From positions 512 through 64,511 of the IMG/VR virus record IMGVR_UViG_3300028392_000067: a stretch of 64,000 bases of DNA. One strand, 5' to 3'. Positions 16,983-29,000 of the stretch are shown here, piece by piece. The notes beneath the pieces were generated by a model. It did no database searches. It was not told where the DNA came from and saw only the letters and a program-made list of their open reading frames with translations. The DNA is from a virus. Lineage: Duplodnaviria > Caudoviricetes. Each line of letters begins with the position of its first letter. The first letter of the stretch is position 1. A program made the translations under genes and the position numbers.

Positions 16983-19900
16983 TTATTTATTTTTTAATTG
17001 TTCTATTTCTTCTTTTAATTCTTTAATTGCATTTACTAATGCTGCATATATAGCATCTTTTTCTAATCCTAGATATTTAACATCAGTTCCAAATTCTTTT
17101 ATAGCATCAGGCATAATTTCTTGTACTTCCTGAGCTATAAATCCAAATTGAACACCTTGGTTTATTTTATCATCTTTCCAATGGTAGCTTACAGGTCTAA
17201 GTTGTAGTATTTCTTTTAAGCCATAAGAAAGAGAAGTGATATTATCTTTTAATCTATTATCTGATGGGTTTGTGCTTGTCAATACCCCTGCGTTAGAATA
17301 AACTAATCCTGTTCCTAAAACTCCTGAAGTTATTTGACCTGTTGTTAAACCTGCACCATTTGAAATATTACCTGAAAAATACCCTGCACCAACTACGTTT
17401 AATGCATAGTTAACTACTCCTGTAAATGCACCATTCGTAAAGGTTGGGTTTATATATAAAGCACTTAATACATCACTGTTTGCTGCTGCTACTAAAGTAG
17501 ATGAAACTACCATTCCCCTTGCTATCGCAGAAGCAGCGGTTGTAGAACCAGATACCTCTAGTTTAGCTGACGGTGCAGTTAATCCAATACCTACGTTTCC
17601 TGCATTTGATTGCATAGCGATATTACCACCGTATGAAACGTTACTTTCACTTGTTTGTAATAAGAAATATCTATTAGCAAGAGTGGCAGCTCCAACATAA
17701 GATATATCAAATTTTTGTGGTTGTGTGTTTTCATTTGATGCTACTGCAAATATGCTAATTGAAGTAGTTGAAGTTTTTGCCGAAGATGCTTGGGCAACTA
17801 TTGCAGGATTTGTTCCATTGGCTAATACTGTTAATGCAGAACTAAATGTAGATGTTGTAGTCCCAATATTAACGTTTCCACTTACCGCTAATCCATTAGT
17901 AGGTGCTGCCGTTGATGCTGAATATCCAATAGCAGCATTTCCGTTTACTTGTAACTTACTACCCACAGTAAGAGTACCTAGTCCTGTATTTCCACTACCA
18001 TTTACATACAAAGCGTTTGCACCACTTAATGTCTTAAATACAATACCACCTGAACTACTATTATAAACAGTTGCATCTAAACTACCTGATGTAAATTGGA
18101 ATTGTAAGTTTGCACTACCACCTGTGCAGGTTAAAGCGGTTTGTGTACCTGTACCGCTCCCAAACGTTCCGCCATTTGCAGATAGGTTTGTTGCAAAAGT
18201 AACTCCATCATCACGAACATATAAAGTATTAGTACCAGCACTATTTGTTAAGTATAATTGATATGTTGATGAAGTCGTTCCTGAACCTTTAATCTGCAAT
18301 TTACCGCTACCATCGGTTGTAGTACCAATTAATACGTTGCCACCTTGTGTAATAGACATTTTAACAGTAGATCCACCTGATTCAATGAATGTTAATTGTT
18401 TATCATCTACGGCAACAGCATCTACTGCAATTCTCCAAGTTTGTGTTGAGTTTCTATTTGTTAAAGCTAAAGCACTACTTAATGTAGCTGATTCTTGCAA
18501 TGATAAAACTGTACCTGATGTAGTTGTTGTTGAATTAAATACTCCTGCTCCAGCTACCGCCAAACCATTTGTAGGAGCAGCAGTAGAAGCTGAGTAACCT
18601 ATTGCAGCGTTTCCGTTTACTTGTAAGGTTGAGCCTACTGTTGTTGTTCCTAATCCTAATGTTCCTGATGTTGTAAGAAGCATTTGCAATGTTGAACCAT
18701 TATTTGCAGAAAAAGCTAATCTTCCACTATTTGCTCTTATACAATAATCATTTATTGCACTATTTGTAATTAAGTCTCCTGCTGCTGCTGCAATACCTAT
18801 TGAACCATAGTCAGTACCATTTCTTCTAAATAATGAATAACTTAAACCACTTGTAGGATTTATAACAACTACGTTACCATTGAATATTGCACTACCTACT
18901 GTATTAATTGCCCAATTTGTAACTCCCGTGAAAGAACCGTTTGTGAAAGTTGGACTAATATATAAAGCACTTAATACATCACCATTAGCAGCAGCAGTTA
19001 ATGTAGGAGTGAAACTTAATCCTCTAGCAATTGCACCTGATGCTGTAACACTATTATTTACTAATACACCTGTTGTTAAATCTTGTATAGAACTATTACC
19101 TATGGTAGTTGAACTTGTGAATTTAACCACTGTATTTGTTGTACCACTCACTGATACTGAGGTACCAGATGTTCCACTTGTTCCTGTGGTACCACTAGTT
19201 CCAGTTGTACCTGATGTACCACTAGTTCCAGTTGTACCTGATGTACCACTAGTTCCAGTAGTTCCACTAGTACCTGTAGTTCCTGATGTTCCAGAAGAAC
19301 CGCTTGTTCCTGTGGTTCCACTAGTCCCTGATGTTCCTGAAGCACCACTAGAACCAGATGTTCCTGAAGTACCTGATACACCAGATGTTCCACTTGTTCC
19401 ACCTGTACCATCAGTTCCAGAGGTTCCTTGATTTACATAAGATATTGACCAATATTGACCATTAGCAAGTGTATAAGAAGCATTACCATTAAGAAAATTT
19501 ATTGTTATTGAATATACACCAAGACCAGGAACAGCAGTGCTAGTGGCTAGATATGTTGCATATACATTAGTTCCACTAGAACCAGATGTACCAGCTGAAT
19601 AATATAATATTTGAATAATTGAACCTACGCTAATATTATTTACCCAATTTGAAATATCATTACCATTTAAATCATTTTGATATAATTGTAAAAGAGTTCC
19701 ATATTGTAATGTACTAGATGATGAAACATTAAAATTACCATTTACAAAATAAATAGGAGCATTATTCCTAATAAACAATATACTATTACCACCTAAACCA
19801 GTAGTTCCTGATGTACCAGAGGTTCCTGATGTACCTGTAGTTCCTGATGTACCTGATACTCCACTTGTTCCACTAGTGCCTCTAGTTCCGCTTGTTCCAC

Positions 19901-21260
19901 TAGTACCACCTGTACCATTGGTACCGCTAGTTCCTGATGTACCACTAGATCCACTTGAACCAGTAGTTCCAGAGCTTCCAGATGTAGCACTTGTTCCACT
20001 AGTACCTGTCGTACCACTTGTTGCAGATGTTCCTGATGTACCAGAAGAACCACTTGTTCCACTATTACCACTTGTTCCACTAGTACCTGAAGGAGCTGTG
20101 AAAGTGGTTTGTGCATATGAATAAAATGTATTACCTTCTGTATAAAAAGTAGCTGTTTTGCTACCTGTACCATTGTTTTTACCAATAACTTTAAAATATA
20201 ATCTATCAGTTACATTTACAGCTCCTCCAATCCAAAATGCATCAACATAAACTTGTTGAGGGAATGAATCATCTAAAATTAAAACTCTATTAGTAGTAAA
20301 TAATAATGTGGAAGTACCACCATTAGAATATTTATACATTTCTACATAAATATCCCAACCATTTGTTGTATTTAAGTTTTCAATATGTACTATAAATGCC
20401 CAGTTACCAGCAGGTATTGTTGTAAGTCCAGGCACCCCAGTATCAGTTGCAAATGTATCAAAAGTACCTGTAGCCCCCGCTGCTAATGTTAATGCTTGAG
20501 TTGTTTGTCCTGTAATTGTAGGAATAGGACTCCATTGTTTATATGTAGGTGAACCAATTGCACTATTTGTATTTAATGATTGATTCATCCAATATATCTG
20601 ACCACCACTAACACCATTTAAACCAGATGTACCACTAGTGCCACTTGTTCCACTTGTCCCACTAGTTCCACTGCTTCCACTTGTTCCTGTAGTTCCTGAT
20701 GAACCACTAGTACCTGTACTACCACTAGTTCCAGATGTTCCACTTGTAGCAGAAGTACCACTTGTTCCACTTGTCCCACCTGTTCCATTAGTACCACTTG
20801 TTCCTGAACTACCACTAGTTGCTGAAGTACCAGAAGTACCACTAGATCCGCTAGTACCTGTAGTCCCACTAGTCCCATCTGTTCCACTAGTTCCAGAAGA
20901 ACCTGCTGAACCAGAAGAACCAGTTCCACCACTTGTACCTGATGAACCTGAAGTTGCTGAAGTACCAGAAGAACCAGAAGTTCCACTTGTACTAGAACTA
21001 CCAGAGCTACCTGAACTACCACTAGTTCCAAAAGTTCCATTTATTCCTGAAGTACCAGACGTACCTGTTGTACCTGAAGTACCTGTTGTTCCGCTTGTGC
21101 CATTTGTACCACTTGTTCCATTAATACCACTTGTACCGCTAGTACCAGAAGTTCCTATAGTTCCAGAAGTATCTGCCGCCACTATTCCATTTACGGCAAC
21201 AAGAACTCCATTCTCATTTCTAAGCTTTAAATCTCCGCTAATTAAATTCTGAATTGCCAA
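16983..21260 (-). CDS. tail fibre with Gly-X-Y Ser/Thr repeats and C-terminal intramolecular chaperone (peptidase S74)
   Basis: (GTS)n blocks; GNVGIG..P..KL repeats; SDNRLK...GFIAQEV autocleavage domain; TTG start. Confidence 0.85.
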   Translation of the reverse strand: MAIQNLISGDLKLRNENGVLVAVNGIVAADTSGTIGTSGTSGTSGINGTSGTNGTSGTTGTSGTTGTSGTSGINGTFGTSGSSGSSGSSSTSGTSGSSGTSATSGSSGTSGGTGSSGSAGSSGTSGTDGTSGTTGTSGSSGTSGTSATSGSSGTSGTNGTGGTSGTSGTSATSGTSGTSGSTGTSGSSGTTGTSGSSGTSGTSGTSGTSGTSGLNGVSGGQIYWMNQSLNTNSAIGSPTYKQWSPIPTITGQTTQALTLAAGATGTFDTFATDTGVPGLTTIPAGNWAFIVHIENLNTTNGWDIYVEMYKYSNGGTSTLLFTTNRVLILDDSFPQQVYVDAFWIGGAVNVTDRLYFKVIGKNNGTGSKTATFYTEGNTFYSYAQTTFTAPSGTSGTSGNSGTSGSSGTSGTSATSGTTGTSGTSATSGSSGTTGSSGSSGTSGTSGTNGTGGTSGTSGTRGTSGTSGVSGTSGTTGTSGTSGTSGTTGLGGNSILFIRNNAPIYFVNGNFNVSSSSTLQYGTLLQLYQNDLNGNDISNWVNNISVGSIIQILYYSAGTSGSSGTNVYATYLATSTAVPGLGVYSITINFLNGNASYTLANGQYWSISYVNQGTSGTDGTGGTSGTSGVSGTSGTSGSSGASGTSGTSGTTGTSGSSGTSGTTGTSGTTGTSGTSGTTGTSGTSGTTGTSGTTGTSGTSGTSVSVSGTTNTVVKFTSSTTIGNSSIQDLTTGVLVNNSVTASGAIARGLSFTPTLTAAANGDVLSALYISPTFTNGSFTGVTNWAINTVGSAIFNGNVVVINPTSGLSYSLFRRNGTDYGSIGIAAAAGDLITNSAINDYCIRANSGRLAFSANNGSTLQMLLTTSGTLGLGTTTVGSTLQVNGNAAIGYSASTAAPTNGLAVAGAGVFNSTTTTSGTVLSLQESATLSSALALTNRNSTQTWRIAVDAVAVDDKQLTFIESGGSTVKMSITQGGNVLIGTTTDGSGKLQIKGSGTTSSTYQLYLTNSAGTNTLYVRDDGVTFATNLSANGGTFGSGTGTQTALTCTGGSANLQFQFTSGSLDATVYNSSSGGIVFKTLSGANALYVNGSGNTGLGTLTVGSKLQVNGNAAIGYSASTAAPTNGLAVSGNVNIGTTTSTFSSALTVLANGTNPAIVAQASSAKTSTTSISIFAVASNENTQPQKFDISYVGAATLANRYFLLQTSESNVSYGGNIAMQSNAGNVGIGLTAPSAKLEVSGSTTAASAIARGMVVSSTLVAAANSDVLSALYINPTFTNGAFTGVVNYALNVVGAGYFSGNISNGAGLTTGQITSGVLGTGLVYSNAGVLTSTNPSDNRLKDNITSLSYGLKEILQLRPVSYHWKDDKINQGVQFGFIAQEVQEIMPDAIKEFGTDVKYLGLEKDAIYAALVNAIKELKEEIEQLKNK
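19140..21170 (-). repeat. three blocks of 9-bp-periodic repeats encoding Gly-Thr/Ser-Ser (~20620-21170, ~19800-20090, ~19140-19430)
   Basis: visible in DNA and translation. Confidence 0.9.
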
Positions 21261-21261
21261 T

Positions 21262-21804
21262 TTAAACGTATTTAAATGTTGTTAAATTTTTATTTTGACC
21301 ATTTAATTTAGCTTTTAATGTAGTAGGCTTTAACCCCATTACAAAGGCAGCTTCATTAATACCAGTATAGTAAATACCAGTCGCTTCGTTTAAAACAATT
21401 TTAGATGTTTTTAATCTAGCTTTTCTTCCATTTTCAGCCCCACACATTTTTCCAGCATATCTGCCTCTTTCTCTCATTGCGTCATCAACTTTTCTTAATC
21501 CTGTATCAGAACAATGTTTTTGATTTTCTGAGGCTGTCATCCACTCCAAATTGCATCTTAAATTATTCAATTTATTTCCATCCATATGATTAACTTGAGG
21601 TTTATTTTCAGTATTTGATATATATGCATCAGCAACTAATCTATGAATTGAAAAATACTTATAATCACCTTTACCACAAAATAATTGGATTTGTTCATAA
21701 CCAGCATTGGTTACCTTAGATTTAAGAAACTTCATGGTTATAAGGCTAAAAACCCTTCCATCAAGTGTAATTAAATAGTTTTCAAACCCTTTTATCTGTT
21801 TCAT
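21262..21804 (-). mobile_element. NUMOD4-HNH homing endonuclease
   Basis: IKGFENYLITLDGRV; HRLVA...VNHMDGNKLNN...NLEW. Confidence 0.85.
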
Positions 21805-21809
21805 ATACT

Positions 21810-22343
21810 TTATTGTTGAACAATCACTCTCACAAACTCATTATCATAAAAAGGAACATCTGCTGCCACAGTTAATGAAGCTGCTGCTGAATTCCAAACA
21901 ACCTGATTACCAGTTGGTGTTCCTGATGTTAATATTGTTCCAATGTTATTACCTTGTCTAAATGCGTTTATGCAACGCTTATTTACTGCATCTGGGAAAT
22001 GTACTACGATTGAGCCACCTACAGCATTAATTGTATATTCATATACACTAAAGTTTCCACCACCACCAGGGATAACACCACCACCGCCTGTTCCTGTTCC
22101 TAATATTTCTATTGCTAATTGTAGTTTTGCACCACATAAAGCATAAACATAATTTGATGTGCCCGGCAATCCACTTAAATCTTGGTCAATGCCATATTGT
22201 AATGCTTTTCTTTCCATATAAAGCTGTTGAGCTTTACGTGGATCAATGCTTCCATTAAAGAAAACATTTTGCTTTGGAATAGCATCATTCCATAAGTATT
22301 GAGAAATTTCTGCTATTGATACTACTGTTTGTGGATCTAACAT
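21810..22343 (-). CDS. virion structural protein (tail/fibre associated)
   Basis: context; 177 aa with Gly linker. Confidence 0.5.
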   Translation of the reverse strand: MLDPQTVVSIAEISQYLWNDAIPKQNVFFNGSIDPRKAQQLYMERKALQYGIDQDLSGLPGTSNYVYALCGAKLQLAIEILGTGTGGGGVIPGGGGNFSVYEYTINAVGGSIVVHFPDAVNKRCINAFRQGNNIGTILTSGTPTGNQVVWNSAAASLTVAADVPFYDNEFVRVIVQQ

Positions 22344-22345
22344 GA

Positions 22346-22864
22346 TTAGAAGAATAAAGCTTGGTTAGTAGATATATATGTTGCTCTGTTTAGTGCAGCT
22401 TGTGCTGAATAAATATCAGATGCAAATGTAATTGCTTGGTCTGCTGAATCTAATTCAACCCTTAATACTAATTTAGTTTGATACCAGTTTGTACTAGCAC
22501 TTAAATTTGAATTAGCTACTTGGCTTTCAGTAAGACCATAGTAGAAAGTTTCATTATATGCAGTAAATGCAAATGAAATTGTTTTTGATGTAACGACTGC
22601 ATTTGCTGAAGTTAACCATTGAACAGTAATACTTAATGCACTATCTTGTGTTAATACATCTAAAGTAATTTCTGAATCCGCAATAGACCAGTTAATATAA
22701 TCTGTAGTTGTACCTTGTGGCACTAAAAAAGTACCATTAGCTTGTAATAAATACACTCTTCTTTTAGTAATAGTTACATCACTTCCTGTAGAAGTATCTA
22801 TTAATGTAATATTTGAAGGCGTTCCACTATATTGTTTAGCCTCAAAATTTGGTATAAAGCTCAT
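22346..22864 (-). CDS. virion structural protein
   Basis: context; beta-rich N-terminal half. Confidence 0.5.
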   Translation of the reverse strand: MSFIPNFEAKQYSGTPSNITLIDTSTGSDVTITKRRVYLLQANGTFLVPQGTTTDYINWSIADSEITLDVLTQDSALSITVQWLTSANAVVTSKTISFAFTAYNETFYYGLTESQVANSNLSASTNWYQTKLVLRVELDSADQAITFASDIYSAQAALNRATYISTNQALFF

Positions 22865-22906
22865 CTTGCTTGAATTTTACCCAAATATAAGAAAAATATG
22901 GCTATA

Positions 22907-23071
22907 TTAGCTCATTTTATTTTTCTTCATGGACTTCATTTTGCTGACTTTGGCAGGCAAAGCCATCCCTTTACTAGCTTTATTCCATTCCTCTACATTT
23001 ACCCCCTTTTTTTCTAGTTCTTTTTTGTGGATATTGAAGTAAGCCTCTTGCGCTGTGCTTTTATATGGCAT
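22907..23071 (-). CDS. small basic protein (54 aa, not in track)
   Basis: MPYKSTAQEAYFNIH...EEWNKASKG..LP. Confidence 0.5.
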   Translation of the reverse strand: MPYKSTAQEAYFNIHKKELEKKGVNVEEWNKASKGMALPAKVSKMKSMKKNKMS

Positions 23072-23090
23072 TTTTTTTAAATTTTATTAA

Positions 23091-26000
23091 TTATTTATTA
23101 TTTTCTTCATTTTGGTCATTTTCATTATTACTTTCGCTTCCAGGTTGCTCTCCTGTAAGTAATCTTTTTCTTATTCCTCTTTGTATTTTTATAATTTTTT
23201 CATTAATAGTTCTACTTACATTTGGATTTTTAGATTTTGTACCAAATAATAATTTTTTAGCTAATAAAGCTGCTTCTTCCTTAGCTCTATTAATTTCCTT
23301 ATATTTTTCTTCTTTTGTAGCGACAGGCAATAAATTACCATTTTCATCTTTAACTCCCTTATTATATGATTTTAACAAAGCTGAATCACCTTCCATAACC
23401 CAAAAACCTTCATTTTTATTTATACTATCTATTTTATTGTATAACTCTTCAGATTTAGCCTCTAATGTTTTTCTTTCTTGAGGTGTAATAGGTCTTCCTC
23501 CTTCATTAAAATTCATTACTTTTTCTTGTTCTACCAATGGTTCTCCCATATCATCTTTTACTTCTTTTGTTTTAATACCTGTAGCACCAGAAATAAGAGC
23601 AGTTTCTAATCCTTTCATATAATCATTAAATTGCCCCTTAGTAACACCATTTTCTTCAGCTGATTTTTGCATTGTTCTAAATCCTTCAGCCAATGGCAAT
23701 GGTAATACATGACCTGCAAGGTATTCACCCCAACCTAATTGCCTTTTTTCTCCTTTAGGTTTATCACTAGACCATGGAACAACATTTTCATTAAAATCTT
23801 TTCCAGTAGCAGCTTCTATAGCAATAGCTGTAGCAGGGTTTAATTTACCCCTTAAATAACTACCAACAGCTCCCCATTCAGCTTCTCCTCTTGATTTACC
23901 TCTAGGCAAATTCTTTTCATTTGTAACCGCATATTTACCAATTCTAGATAATAAACCAACAGTAGATAATAATCCACCACTTAAATCAACTGTTACATCA
24001 TGATTACCAAATTTAGGTAATAAAAAATCTGATTTAGTTGGATCTGTTAAATTAACTTTCCTATCTGGATGCAACGCTGCCTGAACAGCTGCATTAGCTC
24101 CTAATAATGTTCCATATGTAGCTAATTGCCTACCAGCTCTTTTGAACCATGCTTTTGCAAATGCTTTTTCATCAGGAGTGCCATTACCCGTTAATCCTTT
24201 TAAAAGATAACTAACTGCTTTAGGCCCAGACCCTAGTCTTTCCCATCTAGAAGCTTCCATATTAGCAGAAAATGCCGCATCTTGAACTGCACTTGGTAAC
24301 TTAACATTTGTAGCACCTGTCCAATTATTAACTAATTTAGCTATTCTTTCTACCGATTTAGGGTCTTGTTTTTGTTCATCAGTTAAATTTTCATATTCAT
24401 TATTGAATATTTGCTGTCTTAATACTTTAATAGCATTAAATCCTCTTTTACCAGTTTCCCCAACTCTTTTTATAAAAGAGTCATAATTATCTTGGTCATC
24501 AAAATGTAATACATCTGGATCATTAGCTAAACCTGCTTCTCTAGCAATACTATAAAGAGGATGATTTTTTAATGCCTCCATATCCCTTTCATAATTACCT
24601 CTATTACCATAAGCGTATTTATATGAATTAACCATTGCTTTCAATGTTTTAGCAGTATGTACAGGATCTACAATATTTGTAATACCATGAGTTCCAACAA
24701 ATACGTGACCATGCCCAAATGTCATTGCTGCTTTAGGGAATCCAAATATCTTTCTAAAAATTTGCGTACTTTTAGATTGATTTTTTTCTTCAACCCATCT
24801 TTTAGTAGCTTCTCTATTTTTATTTGCTGTTGACCTTTTTACAAAATATTCACCAGCTGCTTTTTTTGTTCTAGGTGTAACTACTGAATTAGCAACTTGT
24901 TCATATGTCATTCCTAAATCTTCTCCTGTTTTCTTTAATGCTTCATTATATTCTACTCCATTGTCAATATATTTTTTCTTCATATATCTCCATATAGACT
25001 TAGCCTCATCAGTAGTAAATTTATTATCTTTCTTATTTACAAATTGGGCTTGAAGATTACTTAATTCTTCTTCTTCAGTTAATGGAGTTTTTGTTTTACT
25101 ATTAATTAAACCTAATTTTTCTTTTTCAGCTTTTATTTGAGCTTTTAATTCTTTTTCTCTATCTGACAATTCTCTTGGAGTAGTTTTTTCCTTATATTTT
25201 CCATTCTGTAAATCATCTAATTGCTTTTCAAGTCGTGCTATATTTTTAGATTCAGGTGTTTCTTCAATAGGGATTTCAAAATGACTAGTTAATTGGTCTT
25301 CAAAATTAGCTTTATCTCTTTTAGATAAATTCTTATACCAATCTTTATCTTTTACTTCATCAATAATTGCTTTTACTCCATCTGCGACTTCTCCTGTTGC
25401 TTCAATTGCTTTTGCTCCTATTTCAATTATATCATTCCATGCTAATCCCATTTTATGAATAGGAATATCATTTCCATTTTCATCCTTAAAAGTAAATTCT
25501 TTTGTTTTTAATTTTCTAAATTTATCAGCAGCTACTTTAGCTTTTTCTTTATATAATTTAGCACCTTCAGTTGGTTTAGCTCCTTCACCTAAATCATTTT
25601 CATGAGCTGCTACTAAAGCTGATTCAGAATCTTTTTGAGCTTGAGTTGAAGCTTTATTTTGATCAGCCTTTTTTTGTATTATTGCTTCTTCTTCTGGAGT
25701 CAAATCTCTTCCTAAATTATCTTTTAACTTTCTTGCCACAGATGAAAATGAACCTGTATCTAAATCAGTAACACCCTGCATAGCAGTACCTCTTTCACCA
25801 AATGTTGTATTTTGAATTTTAACTACATTTCTTGCCCAATCATCTACTTTATTTACTGCATCTTTATATTCAGGACTATCTGCACCAAATTCTTGTTTTG
25901 CCTTATCCGCAAGATTATCTAAATCAATTAAATGAGCTCTAGCTATTGATATTTCATCAGGAGTAGGGTTACTTACATTATCTCTTACAGATTCTGGGTC

Positions 26001-29000
26001 AACACCACCATCTACAAGTCTTCTACCTCTTGCAGCATATTCTTCTGGTTTTAATACTGTTCCTCTTTCTATTTTTGGCAAACCTAATCTTTCTGCAAGA
26101 TTTTCTAATGCCGCATGAGATACTCCAGAAGTTCTTTGAGGACCTTCTGCTGCAGGTACTTCTTGATTTATTTCTTTTTTATTTTTTGTATTTACTACTG
26201 GTTTTTCATTTTTTTCTTCAACCAATGGTTGATTATCTTCTTCAGAAACAGGAATTTCAGCAGTTGGAACTACTTGTTCAGTTTGTTGTTGACTTTCAGC
26301 TTTTTCTGAATTAATATAATTTTCCTTTAATTTTTCAAAAGTTTTAACAAGCTTAGGGTTATTTTCATTTTTAGAATTTTCAATAACATTATTTATTACT
26401 TCAATAGGATTATTTTGAATATATTGTATTCTAGCTTTATCATTTTCAGTAAGTTCATAATCTGGATTATTAACATCTGGAACATATTGTTCTACAATTT
26501 TATTTAAAATTTCATCTTTTGATAAAGGCTCTTCTTTACCTGTTATAAGTTCTTTAACTTTACCATAAGCTTTAGAACCAAAATCAGTTACCCCTTTTAT
26601 CATATTTTTAATATCCTTACCAGATATACCAGCTGTTTGAACAATTGGATTTCCTAATTTGTCAGTTTCATGCATATATGGATCATCTCCATGATATATA
26701 TCGTTAATTTTTTTATCATAATCTGCTATTTCTGCTTCTATATCTTTTTTTCTAGCCTCTACAGGTGTGGTTTCTAATTCTGCTTTTAATTTTTCAATTT
26801 TTTGAATCATCCCAGCCATAGAAATTGCAGCTTCTGGATTAGTTATATTTTTAGGAACTAAAGATTTTGCTTTTTTATAATCTTCTATATTTTGAATAAT
26901 TTGATCTCCTTCACCAGGTTTTAAAATTCCATCTTGTTCTGCTTTAGCAAATATGTCTTTAAGATTTTGAGTTGGAAGCTCTGCAGCAACATTATATGCT
27001 CTATTGGTGATAACTTTTGATGGTACTTGATCTTTACCAGCCATTAATACTGAAAGTGCATGTGGAACAACGGCTTGAACAAGATGTAATCCAGAAAATC
27101 CAAGAGCCATTCCTGCATTTGATTTACCTGCTTCATTCGCATTACTTAATATATCAGTATGCGATTCTCCAGAACCATATGCCTTAGCTATTTCACCTCT
27201 ACCTAATTCACCAGCAAATGATGCCCCATACATTTGAGGTACTGTTGTTTTTGCATTTTTACCAACTTCAACAACTTTATTAAGAAGATTATTTTCAGCT
27301 ACAGGAGCAGCTTTTCTAACTGTTTGAATAGCATTTTCATAATTTTTTGCTGCCTTGTTTAATCCTGGAGTAAGTTTTCCAAATGGCATACTCATTAGTA
27401 CGCCTTCAGCTTGACTAGCTAATTTTGAATAATTTGCTGATTCTGTAGCAATTTTAGCTGCAGCTAATTTTTGTGCTTCTGTTGGATTTGGTATATTTGC
27501 TAACTGACCATAATAACTTTTATCCCAACCAGAATTATATCCCCTACTACCTAAGTTTTCTGCCCATCCTAATGCAGTACCAAAATTCTTTGCGCCTTCA
27601 ACTACTTCTGGCAAAGAAGCTGCTGCTACACCTAATTCTGCTGCTAACCCAGTCCCTGTTATAGCTCCTATACCATATATTATAGGTTTTTCAACTGCAC
27701 GTTGTAAACCAGCGGCAAAACTTCCAGCATTACCAAAAAAACCACTTGGTACTTGTGGCATTGATTGATTTATAGAATTTCCATATGCCTCATTTTCTTT
27801 ATATTTTATTTTATCTTCATCAGATAAACCTTCAAAATAATTATCATATGCATCTTGTGCTACTGCTTTTTTATAAGTTTCATCATATTGATTAAAAAAA
27901 TTATTATCAGCTAATCCAAGAATAGGATATCCAGAATCATCTTGAGTAATAACATATTCTCCATTATTTAATCCATTCACAAGCATTGTTGAATCACTAG
28001 CTCTATTGCTATTTGGGCCAGATTTTATATAAGCTTTTCTATTAAGAGTATTTTGTATAGCAGCTTTTTTTGTTTCTTCTGCTATTACACCAGCTTTATA
28101 ATTTTGGAAATCTGATTTGTTTATTGCGCCTGCTACTATTGTTGCATTAGGACGTCCGCCTGTTAATGAATTTATATAACCAGGATAATATGGATCATTT
28201 TCGTCTAACTGAACAAAACCATGATTACTACTTTGTCTATTAAGTTTATTAATATATTGTTCTAATTGTCTTTGTTCTTTTTCTCTAGCTTGATTCTCAG
28301 CGTATATTCTAAACCCTGCAGATTCTTCATCTTCACCTGGTCTAATTTGATCTTTAGTAACTATAAGTTGTTTAGCAGGTGCAACTCTAGGTAAAGATAT
28401 ATTTGAACTATTTAACTTATTTATTACTGCAGGATTAATATCCATATCACCAATAACTTTTTGGCCATTTTTTGCCATATAAGCTAATACCTTAGCTTTT
28501 AATTCACCTGTTATTAGCTTCCCATCACTAGTTAAATTAAACTCTGTTGTTTTCTTTTTCTTTTTACCTGGGCCTTCTCCGTCACCTAAATTTTCAATGT
28601 TTTCTAAATCTTGTGATAAATTTTCTGAACCAACTCCAGTAGTAGCGAAGTCTTTTTTTTTTAAACCATTATTATATGGGTTTAAAAATTGATTATAAAA
28701 ATCATCAAATTTTAATGTTGTTAATGGATTACCTTCTCCATCTTTAGTTGAAGTCATATAATCATGAATATCTTTAGCATTTTCTTTTGTAGAATAATTT
28801 TTAATAAAATTACTCTCATCTAAATCTGTAAGTCCATGCTTTTTCATATAATCATAAATAGGATGGCCCATTTGTGGCATTTCTGTTATTGGTTGACTAA
28901 TTACATCTTCTCTAACAACAGGTATTTCTACAGGATTTTTATATGCAGGTGCATTTTTTATATAATCAGGTAAATCGTCAAAAGAATATTTTAATTGGTT

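Noticed and set aside
19140-21170. Possible CRISPR or DGR template repeats
   Set aside because: Repeats are codon-periodic without unique spacers; no cas or reverse transcriptase gene in the window
17725-21252. Long + strand ORFs with PLVPLV/PEVP repeats and alternative-frame VVQVEL ORFs
   Set aside because: Shadows of the 9-bp Gly-Thr-Ser repeats in the fibre gene; no independent start signals
26030-27664. Short hydrophobic + strand ORFs opposite the large ejection gene
   Set aside because: Antisense shadows of a Lys/Glu-rich coding strand
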